From an uncultured Planctomycetaceae bacterium (lineage in GTDB: Bacteria > Planctomycetota > Planctomycetia > Isosphaerales > Isosphaeraceae), in assembly GCA_963833985.1 (NCBI GenBank), contig CAWIAD010000002.1, positions 1,088,001 to 1,152,000 on the forward strand: DNA of 64,000 nt, in the 5' to 3' direction. The number at the start of each line of letters is the position of its first letter. Position 1 is the first letter of the stretch. The position numbers were made by a program, and so were the translations under genes. Below the pieces are notes generated by a model. That model did not search any database. It worked only from the letters and a program-made list of their open reading frames with translations, and was not told where the DNA came from. Positions 56,232 to 64,000 of the stretch are shown here, one piece after another.

Positions 56232-56330
56232 CGCGAAAATGGGTTCGTTCTCGGTCGTCGCGAAACCCAATTTCACGACGTAAGTCCTTGCGGTGTAAGA
56301 GTTCGATGGATCATGAAAATTGGCTTCGCT
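56232..56330. repeat. dispersed structured repeat, copy B
   Basis: aatgggttcg...aacccaatttcacgacgtaagtcc-N~29-aaattggcttcg. Confidence 0.7.
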
Positions 56331-56580
56331 CGGTGTATTTCGTGCGGCTCCGAGCATGGCCATCGGTTCCGGCCGCGGCTCAAGCTGCGGGCATCCTTCT
56401 AGATCCTGTGCGGTTCAAGCCGCGTGACGCTGCCCGCGCTGAGAATGCCCCCTATTGACAGCATCCGCTACGCGCGGCCGAACCATCTGCCTTACTTGCG
56501 GATTTTTTCCAGAATCTCCCATTTTCTTGAACTTGAACTCATGCCATCCGCTTCAGCAAGTTGCCCTTGCTCCATGGTTG

Positions 56581-56609
56581 TTGACACTCACCCCCGGGCG
56601 TGTTACTGT
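56581..56609 (+). promoter_or_regulatory. sigma70-like promoter
   Basis: TTGACA-17 nt-TACTGT with TG extended -10. Confidence 0.4.
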
Positions 56610-56795
56610 CCGATCTGGTCTTGCGTACAGGTGAGTTACTGATCGGGGTGCACCGCCACCGGCTGGAGCCTGCCGGGCGCAGCCTCGACCCGCCGCACAT
56701 GCACGCAGCCCAGGACATTTTGCATTGGTTCTTCATGCCACGACCATCGTTGTCGCACCCCCCGCTATTGATGAAGCCGGGCGCGAGGCGTTGCG

Positions 56796-57476
56796 TCAAC
56801 GGCCGTACAGCGAGCGGAGAGTACGGGCCTGAATGCGCTGCCTGTCGCTTTCTCTGCTTTCTCTTCCTTTCGTGTCCGTGCTGGTGAACAAACCTCTGAC
56901 ATCCTCCAGACGCTCGTGGTTCTCGATGCAGAGGCGACGAATCTCCCCAGCGTTCAGCTTGTGGAAGGGGTTGATGCCGAGGGTGGCCCCCAGCACGATC
57001 TTGAAGAGGTCGCTATCCGTGAAACGGTGCTCATCGACCTCCCGGAGCTGCTGGTAAGCCTGGAGGGCCTGCGGCGGGTTCTCGAGGATCAGGCGTCCGA
57101 TGTTCCGGTCGGTGTTCACCAGCAGGGGCCAGCGCTGGTCGCCGGTTCTCTGGGTGAGGAAGTCCCGCAGGCAGAGGGTCAGCCTCGCCTTCGGCATGCA
57201 GCGGGCTTCCAGGTCGCGAAAGAAGAGGGGGAGCTTCGCCCTGTCTCGGGTTCGGTCCACCAGGATGATCTTGGCGGCGGGGTCGTCTCGCAGGTTCTCG
57301 TACATCTCCCGCAGGGCAAGGTTGCCGCTGCAAAACAGCACGGTGAACCCGTTCTCCTTGGCCCAGCCATCGACCGCCCGTGCCCCGGCACAGATCATTC
57401 GCCGAGGGTCGCCCACGATGATGAGGGGTTCGCCTTTGAGGGGATTGAGCTGGCCGATCACCCAGGACTCGATCAT
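56796..57476 (-). pseudogene. truncated N-terminal part of a BREX PglZ-like protein
   Basis: MIESWV...LIIVGDP...KENGF.V......ALREMYE resembles, from memory, BREX-3-type PglZ N-termini; coding character is lost after about 56870; no phosphatase domain present. Confidence 0.5.
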
Positions 57477-57491
57477 GCGTTACATCTCAGC

Positions 57492-57892
57492 TCAGGGCGT
57501 GAGCCAATCCTCCAGCCGGAGTCCGCGGATGTTCTGGAAATCTGCGGTGTTGTTCGTGACGAGGGTCAGGTCGTAGACGAGCGCCACGGAGGCGATCAAT
57601 AGGTCAACTGGATTGACATTCGTACCTTGTCGCAGCAGATCTCTCCGCATCTGGCCGAAGATCCGGCGCAATCGTCATCGAAATCAAGCCGGGTCACCTC
57701 GTCACGGAGCAACCCCTCGATCGCCGACAATCGAGCACTCGGGTCTTCCTTCCCGAAGGCCCAGACGTAGAGTTCCGCCAGTGCGATCGATGACAGGTAC
57801 AGACGCCCGGAATACTGAACGAACCGGTGTGCGAGTCCACCGGGTCGTTTCAAGTAGACCGAGACGATGTTCGTATCGAGGAGATAGCTCAC
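57492..57892 (-). CDS. vapC: VapC PIN-domain toxin; frameshift near 57665
   Basis: [18 protein letters not shown]...LVTNNTADF...LEDW; GTGA overlap with the antitoxin stop. Confidence 0.85.
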
Positions 57893-58197
57893 TCCGGCAG
57901 CTCCCGCCACCTTGACGCCTTGCGGTCTGCCTGAATCTGGTCGAGAATCCGGTCATCCTTTTCCGTCCATTCATCCGCCAGGACGCCCGCCACCTTCGAG
58001 GGTGCGCCAGGGCTCCAGCCGGGCGGCGGTCCAGGCAGCGTCTTTGGAGTCTTTGGGAGCTGACTCGCTTCCGGTGGATGTTCCAGCGATCCGGAGGGGG
58101 TAACGACCAGCTCGACGGCTTGCCCTTCCCACATCCCAAGATCCTCGCTGATCACGATCGTTTTACCGTGAACAATTCCATGCAGGACTCTTGTCAT
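57889..58197 (-). CDS. putative antitoxin (DUF104/AbrB-like N-terminus)
   Basis: LHGIVHGKTIVISEDLGMWEGQAVELVV; AAGGAG RBS; directly upstream of the PIN gene. Confidence 0.7.
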   Translation of the reverse strand: MTRVLHGIVHGKTIVISEDLGMWEGQAVELVVTPSGSLEHPPEASQLPKTPKTLPGPPPGWSPGAPSKVAGVLADEWTEKDDRILDQIQADRKASRWRELPE

Positions 58198-58233
58198 TGC
58201 GATGCTCCTTTGCGTTCCCGGGTGAATCTCTTC

Positions 58234-59710
58234 CTGTACTTTCCGCGATTTCGCTCCCTAACTTCGTGAGCTGATTCGGGTAGACGAATGCCGGTCCGGC
58301 CGGGACGATGTCGGTTAGCTGACCAAAACATCAACCCGGACGGAGCCGGCCATGACATCTTCGCACCAGGATGTGCCTGCATGCCAGTGGTTCTCGCGCC
58401 TCGCCGAATTCCTCGACCGCAGATCGGCTCCCAGACTGGCCTGGCTGTTCCTCGGGGCGGTCCTGGCCCGCGGGCGGAGGACCGTCATCAGCTGGATCCG
58501 AGCCGCTGGCCTGAGCAGCCAGTTTCGACCCTGCTACACGACGGTCGCGGCTGCCGGCAAGCAGGCCAAGAACATCGCCGCCCGCCTGGTCTGCGAGGTC
58601 GTCAAGCCCTTGGTTGCCAACCAGACGCGGCTCACCTTGGCGATCGACGACACGCCCACAGAGCGTTACGGGCCGCTGGTCCAGGGAGCTGGCATCCATC
58701 ACAACCCGACTGCTGGCCCGGCGGGTTCACCACATGTTTACGGCCACATCTGGGTGGTGATCGGGCTCCTGGCCGCCCATCCCGCGTGGGGAGTCATCGC
58801 GCTGCCGCTGTGGGCGCGGATGTATGTTCGAGTGAAGGATCTGCCCGCGATCTACCCGCAGCATCGGCCGGAGTTCCAGACCAAGCTGGAGATGGCTGTC
58901 GAGCTACTACAATGGGCTCGCTCCTGGTTCAAATACCTGGGCAAGCCGCTGTGGGTCGTGGTCGACGGGGCGTACGCCAAGGCCCCGTTTCTGAAGCCGG
59001 CGATGTCGCTGGGGATGACAGTTGTCAGCCGCTTGCGCAAGGACGCGGCGCTCTACACGGTGCCGGGACCCCGCGTGGCCGGGCGTCGCGGCAGGCCGAG
59101 GAGCTACGGGGAGAACCGGATCGAGTTGGCCAAGCGAGCCGGGCAGCGTCGCGGCTGGACGAGCGAGGTCTTCAAGCTCTACGGCAAGCCGGCGAAGAAG
59201 CTGTACAAGACGTTCGTGGCGACCTGGCGGCCTGTCAGTGGCACGATCCGTGTCGTGCTGGTGGACGAGCCGGGGGGCTGGGTGGCCTTCTTCTGCACCG
59301 ACCCGAATGCATCGGTGGGCGAGATCTTGGAGGCCGTCGCCGACCGGTTTTCGCTGGAGACCACGTTTCGCGATTGCAAGGAGGTCGTGGGGGCTGGCCA
59401 GCAGCAGGTGCGGTTCGTGTGGGCAAACATCGGTGCATTTCACATCTGCCTGTGGACGTTCACGATGACCGAAGCGTGGGCCTGGAACCGTCAGGAAGAC
59501 GAGTTGGTGGACCGGAAGGCATCACCGTGGGACGATCCGAATCGCCGCCCGAGCCATGCCGACAAGCGTCGGGCCTGGCGTCGCGAATTGCTGGCCGCAG
59601 AGATTCGCGGCGTTTTACGCCCTGGGGTCACCGAGGAAGAATTCCAGGCCGTGACCGAGCGGCTGCTCGCCCTGGCGGCATGAAGCTACAGTCATTCGCG
59701 GAAAATGCAG
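58234..59710 (+). mobile_element. IS701-like insertion sequence
   Basis: imperfect terminal IRs ctgtactttccgcga (58234-58248) and tcgcggaaaatgcag (59696-59710), 13/15 match; no target-site duplication visible. Confidence 0.75.
58352..59683 (+). CDS. DDE transposase (IS701 family)
   Basis: LAIDDT, VVVDGAY, RFSLETTFRDCKE. Confidence 0.88.
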   Translation: MTSSHQDVPACQWFSRLAEFLDRRSAPRLAWLFLGAVLARGRRTVISWIRAAGLSSQFRPCYTTVAAAGKQAKNIAARLVCEVVKPLVANQTRLTLAIDDTPTERYGPLVQGAGIHHNPTAGPAGSPHVYGHIWVVIGLLAAHPAWGVIALPLWARMYVRVKDLPAIYPQHRPEFQTKLEMAVELLQWARSWFKYLGKPLWVVVDGAYAKAPFLKPAMSLGMTVVSRLRKDAALYTVPGPRVAGRRGRPRSYGENRIELAKRAGQRRGWTSEVFKLYGKPAKKLYKTFVATWRPVSGTIRVVLVDEPGGWVAFFCTDPNASVGEILEAVADRFSLETTFRDCKEVVGAGQQQVRFVWANIGAFHICLWTFTMTEAWAWNRQEDELVDRKASPWDDPNRRPSHADKRRAWRRELLAAEIRGVLRPGVTEEEFQAVTERLLALAA

Positions 59711-59934
59711 TAGTCAAGCGAGCCGCGGTTTTTTCTTCTGAGAATTTGCTCCTGCTTACGAGGATTTGGGGGTGTCGTCGATCTTAATCGTAGTTCTGTT
59801 TACGTAGTTTCTTCCTTTCCCCTCTTGTCGAGCCCGAGTTGAGCTCCAGTGGTCTACTCGATCGCCGCCTTCCGCGGCTGAGGATTCAGGACCTGTGTGA
59901 TGCTCCTGGTTAAACGGGAAGTCATCAATTTCAT

Positions 59935-60150
59935 GTGTGTGCACTTGATGGTCCGATGAGTTTCGCCGCCGGTTGTCCCATTCTTCTATCCGAGCGTTGG
60001 CCCAAAGGCCTAGCCCCAATGGGTGCTTCGAGACGGTTGAAGAGGACGACCCCATCTACAAACGAGCATCAAGCCCAAGGGTGGGGCGAATCGCCCTCTT
60101 CAGCCCGGGACGCAACGGTGATTCTCAATAACCAACATGCCTCGCTTTGT
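59935..60150 (-). ncRNA. candidate bridge/seek RNA of the IS110 element
   Basis: non-coding region 3' of the transposase with stems GCCCCA/TGGGGC, AGATGG/CCGTCT and ATGGG/CTCAT, and guide-like segments matching the target and the element end; boundaries approximate. Confidence 0.55.
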
Positions 60151-60162
60151 GAATCAATGTGT

Positions 60163-61186
60163 TCAGGCCGCTTGTTTCAGTTTGATCGGTCCTCCTGCGA
60201 CTTGGTGGAACAGCCAACGGACCCAACGGTTCCCGACCGCGGCGGCAACGACACAGGCGGGCTTGCCGGCCTGTCTCATCGTCGTGGCCAACGCCTTCCA
60301 GCGCGGGTTGTAGCGGATCAGTCGGTGGGCGGTCTCGATGATCGTGGCGCAAGTACTCGTTGCCCGCCTTGATCAGCCCAGCGTCGGCCTGACGTTGGCC
60401 GCTGGAGGCATTGCGCGGCGACAAGCCGCAGTATCGTGCCATCTGCTTGCCGGTGCTGAACCGATCGAAACGACCGATCTCTGCCCGCAAGCACCAGTCC
60501 GTCACCAAGCCGACTCCGGCGAGCAAGATCAGTTGGCTGACGACCGGGTCCTCGGAAGTCACCTGAGCCAAACGTACTTCGACATTGAAGATCGCGTCGG
60601 CGACGTCGCGGAGTTCTTCGATCAACCGATTGGCGACCCATCGGGCTTCGCTGCCGAGCCCTTCGGCGGTCGCCAACCACGTCAGCCAGGTCCGTCCCCA
60701 GCGCCGGGCCTTGGGTTCGACGACACGGTTGTCGCGGAGCAACGCGGTCACGCGAAGCTTGGTGTTGCGACGCCGGTTGGCGAGCTGCTGGCGATAACGG
60801 GTCAGGGTGCGGAGCTGGCGGACGTCCGCGGGTGCCAGCCAGACCCTGGGCAAATAGCCGACGCGGACCAGATCGGCGATCACACGGGCATCGACCCAGT
60901 CGGTCTTGTCGGGAGTCTGCTTCATCCGCGCGACATAGCCGGGGTGCGCGAGGTTGATGATCCAGCCATGCTTCGTGGCCAGTTCGTCGGCGAGGTTTGC
61001 GGCGCCAGAGCAGGCCTCAATGGCTGCCCGGACATCACCGCCGAAAGGTGCGACCAGCTTGACCAGGGCCTCAGCCTGATTCTGACAGGGCCGGTTCGCG
61101 AGCATCTTGCCAGAGGAGTCCATGACGCACACTTGAATGGAATCCTTGTGGTAGTCGAGGCCAATGTAAGCAGTTACCTTGGACAT
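60163..61186 (-). CDS. IS110 family DEDD transposase/recombinase; frameshift near 60348
   Basis: IGLDYHK, IEA, KTDWVDA, GVG, EIGRFDRF, GLSPRNASSG; the corrected frame ends ...VGNRWVRWLF...KQAA* at 60163. Confidence 0.9.
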
Positions 61187-61334
61187 GGTCTGTTGCTCCG
61201 CTCTGAGGGATGGGGTTCGACTCCTCCAGGGTAAACCCCGCGATCGTGTCGCGGCAGGAGCAACAGGCTTTCATCCCCATCTACAAGAGTGGAGACGACC
61301 GGGTGCGAGGGGTTTCGGGAATTACCGCGCGAGG

Positions 61335-61410
61335 TGGTCCGGTGGGTTGCGCTGCGCTGACCACCCTACAAGAGTGCCCACTGCCGACTGCCCACTGCCG
61401 ACTGCCTACT
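61335..61410 (-). repeat. GTAG-type REP plus heptamer (CTGCCNA) run
   Basis: ggtgggttgcgctgcgctgaccaccctac is an inverted copy of the 55938 family; followed by aagagtg and ctgccNa repeats. Confidence 0.8.
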
Positions 61411-61537
61411 CCCCACGGAAAACCATGGAGGCCAGGGGCTGCTGGAACGATATCATGGACGGCAGTCCGATGGCTCGTCGGGCGGCGGGCGACCGCAGGA
61501 GAGAAGGGACTCGTGAAATGGACAAACGAGGAGCTGA

Positions 61538-61773
<236 letters not shown>

Positions 61774-61774
<1 letters not shown>

Positions 61775-62148
61775 TGCGTTTCAAGGTCGACGAGAACCTG
61801 CACCCGGACGCCGCCGATCTCCTGCGGGCAGCCGGTCACGACGCCATGACCGTCTTCGACCAGGGGCTTCGTGGCCACCCGGACGAGGACATCGCCACCG
61901 TCTGCCAGCGTGAGCAGCGGGCCATCGTGACCCTCGACCTGGATTTCAGCAACATCCGCCAGTACCCGCCCGAGGACTACCCCGGCATCATCGTCCTTCG
62001 GTTGGAGAACAAGGGCCGCCCGTCCGTGGTGATCGCCCTCACGCAGATTGTCCCTTTGCTCGCCACGGAGCCGCTGGCCGGACACCTGTGGATCGTCGAG
62101 GAGCAGCGGGTGCGAATTCGTCAGGGCAGAACCAGCGGCTTGCCGTGA
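61774..62148 (+). CDS. DUF5615 PIN-like toxin
   Basis: MRFKVDENL, GHD, DEDI, IVTLDLDF, GIIVLR; TGATG coupling. Confidence 0.88.
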
Positions 62149-62446
62149 ACTGGGCAAAGAGATGATGGCGGCGTCACCGAACACCGGCTCCAGCCGAACG
62201 CCAGGCCGGCCGGGGACCCTTCGCCCGTGGTCCGGTCAAACTCCGATCGGCACTGAGGATCGCTCGCCGCGGACCTGACAACGCCAGCGGAGAGGTTCGC
62301 TCTCGAATACGGATCTTCTCTCCAGCCGCCGGTCCAATGGCTCGTCGATCGGCCAGCGACCACGAGTCAAGGGGCTTGCCACTTCTCCAGCCATCTGAAC
62401 AATCAGAGGAGAGGGCTCGGAGACCCGGAAGAAACAGGAGACCGCC

Positions 62447-62677
62447 ATGATTACCGTGACGATCCAGGAGGCCCAGACCGGGCTGCCGGAGTTGATCCGC
62501 CGTCTGACGCCAGGGGAGGAGGTCATCATCACGGACGACGACAAGCCGGTGGCCAGGCTGTCTCGCAGCGAGCCGAAGACCACGTGGCCGTGCAAGGCGG
62601 GTAGCGCCAGGGGCAAGGTCTGGATGGCTCCGGATTTTGACGCCCCGCTCGAAGAGTTCAGGGAATACATGGAGTGA
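62447..62677 (+). CDS. Phd/YefM-type antitoxin
   Basis: VTIQEAQTGLPELI...GEEVIIT..DKPVARL; C-terminal APDFDAPLEEF. Confidence 0.88.
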   Translation: MITVTIQEAQTGLPELIRRLTPGEEVIITDDDKPVARLSRSEPKTTWPCKAGSARGKVWMAPDFDAPLEEFREYME

Positions 62678-63060
62678 ACCTGCTTTTGGACACCCACACT
62701 CTGCTCTGGTTCCTCAACGACGACCCCAGCCTGAGCGTCGCCGCAAAGGCCCTGATCGAGGACCCGGTGAACCGCAAGCTCATCAGCGTTGCGAGCTGCT
62801 GGGAGATCGCCATCAAGGTCGGCCTCAAGAAGCTCGACCTCGGTGAACCCACCACGACGTTCCTGCCCCGGGAACTGGCGACGAACGGCTTCGATCTGCT
62901 CGGGATCGATCTGATCCATGCGACTTCTGTCGAGTCGCTGCCTCCGCACCACAAGGACCCTTTCGACCGGCTGATCATCGCACAGTCGATGATCGAGAAC
63001 CTGCCGGTGGTCAGCATGGACGCCCAGCTCGATGCCTACGGGATCACCAGGCTTTGGTAG
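62674..63060 (+). CDS. vapC: VapC PIN-domain toxin
   Basis: LLLDTHTLLW, S.WEIAIK, HKDPFDRLIIAQ, SMD; GTGA overlap. Confidence 0.92.
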   Translation: MNLLLDTHTLLWFLNDDPSLSVAAKALIEDPVNRKLISVASCWEIAIKVGLKKLDLGEPTTTFLPRELATNGFDLLGIDLIHATSVESLPPHHKDPFDRLIIAQSMIENLPVVSMDAQLDAYGITRLW

Positions 63061-63231
63061 GAGCTGCGATGAGCGCTGGGACCATGGCGAGCACCAGCGT
63101 CATCACAGCCCCCGGATCGACGATCGCCCGCCACGACGGCTCCTCCCTCCCGTTTCGCCGCGAGCTCGGCCGTCTGCTGATCCGGCGGACGCGAGACGTT
63201 GCGGCATCGCCGCAGGGAGACAAGCCGAGGC

Positions 63232-63396
63232 GGTCCGGTGGGCCAGCGCTGCGCTCGACCCACCCTACAAGAGTGCCTACCGCCTACTATTGACAGGCAA
63301 GAATGCCTGTCCTCCGCTTCCATTGACAGGCAAGAATGCCTGTCCTCCCTTCTTCACTGCCTACTGCTTGCTGCCTGCTGCCTGCTGCCTGCTGCC
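63232..63396. repeat. composite repeat cluster: REP, two 27-bp palindromic repeats, heptamer run
   Basis: ggtgggccagcgctgcgctcgacccaccctacaagagtgcc; attgacaggcaagaatgcctgtcctcc at 63289 and 63322; ctgcctg-type repeats at 63357-63396. Confidence 0.8.
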
Positions 63397-63485
63397 CGTT
63401 GACAACCAGGGGGTGGATCGGCATTTTGAAGCGGCGGGAGACGGAACGACTGCGGAGTGGACGGCGACGGGAGGAGCACCTTCTC

Positions 63486-64000
63486 ATGCTGCGACATACA
63501 TTCATTCATCTGCCGGGCGTGGGGCCGCAGCGCGAGCGGTCGTACTGGGAGCAGGGGATCCTCGACTGGGACCAGTTCCTGGAGAGCGCGGGGAGTGGTC
63601 GCGTGAAGGGCCGCGCTGCGCATCAGGCAGCGGAGCTGGTGCGGCACTCGCAGGCCGCCGTGGCGCGGGGAGACGCGGCGTTCTTCAAGCCTTATCTGCC
63701 GGCCAGGGAGGCGTGGCGGCTTTATTCCGAGTTCGCCGAGGGCGCGGTCTTCCTGGATATCGAGACCACGGGGCTTGCCGGAGATTACGACGATGTCACG
63801 GTGATCGGCGCGCTGGGGAACGGGGCGCTCGCGCTCTTCGTCAAGGGGATCAACCTCGAACAGTTTCCGGACTACATCGCCCGGTTCCCACTGATCATCA
63901 GCTATAACGGCATCCAGTTCGACGTCCCGTTCCTGCGGGCACATTTTCCCAAGGCCCGGCTGGACCAGCCGCACATCGACCTGCGTTTCGTGCTTGCCTC
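63486..64000 (+). CDS. YprB/RNase H-like DEDD exonuclease, runs off the window
   Basis: manual translation MLRHTFIHLPGVG...FLDIETTGL...SYNGIQFDVPFL...HIDL; GGAG RBS; absent from the ORF track because there is no stop. Confidence 0.85.
   Translation, partial: MLRHTFIHLPGVGPQRERSYWEQGILDWDQFLESAGSGRVKGRAAHQAAELVRHSQAAVARGDAAFFKPYLPAREAWRLYSEFAEGAVFLDIETTGLAGDYDDVTVIGALGNGALALFVKGINLEQFPDYIARFPLIISYNGIQFDVPFLRAHFPKARLDQPHIDLRFVLA

Larger units (their letters stand above)
59893..61282 (-). mobile_element. IS110-family element with short left end and long right non-coding end (IS1111-like layout)
   Basis: left junction CTCTTGTAG|ATGGGGATG on the minus strand; right end tentatively at a degenerate CATCACACAG near 59893. 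Confidence 0.65.

Noticed and set aside
55777..56330. CRISPR mini-array
   Set aside because: Only two diverged units about 455 bp apart, no regular repeat-spacer period, and no cas genes in the window.
55908..56363. 151-aa minus-strand ORF
   Set aside because: It reads through the repeats and REPs; probably spurious.
1855..60350. Frameshifts in about ten genes as programmed frameshifting, phase variation or genome decay
   Set aside because: Small indels, often in G/C runs or short repeats, hit unrelated genes including nadE, with no in-frame stops in the joined frames; sequencing/assembly error is more likely. Read polishing would decide.
63032..63907. 291-aa plus-strand ORF
   Set aside because: It translates repeats and a wrong frame of the YprB-like gene starting at 63486.

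Overview
High-GC window whose gene content (two PSCyt/DUF1549-DUF1553 + DUF1501 pairs, two PVC-type CxxCH proteins, a PEP-CTERM protein, an ECF sigma/anti-sigma pair) points to a planctomycete, probably Isosphaeraceae-like (inference). About ten genes, including nadE, carry small indels, most likely assembly errors. Bases 1-55,500 are mostly metabolic and envelope genes: an atypical P1B ATPase, a SauUSI-like PLD-helicase-DUF3427 gene, ECF/anti-sigma/PDZ, an ABC exporter, a cyclic beta-1,2-glucan synthase, an M1 aminopeptidase, nadE and a DUF4139 protein. Bases 55,500-64,000 form an accessory/defence region: dispersed repeats and REPs, a truncated BREX PglZ-like gene, three PIN toxin-antitoxin pairs, an IS701-like element, an IS110 element and a YprB-like nuclease at the edge. 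Top leads: (1) the IS110 sits in a REP, and its downstream non-coding region has bridge-RNA-like guide segments matching that REP and its own left end; (2) a ubiquitin-like-DUF5678 fusion coupled to a truncated retropepsin-like ORF; (3) a decayed TA-containing BREX-like operon. All family assignments are by-eye motif recognition; no searches were run.
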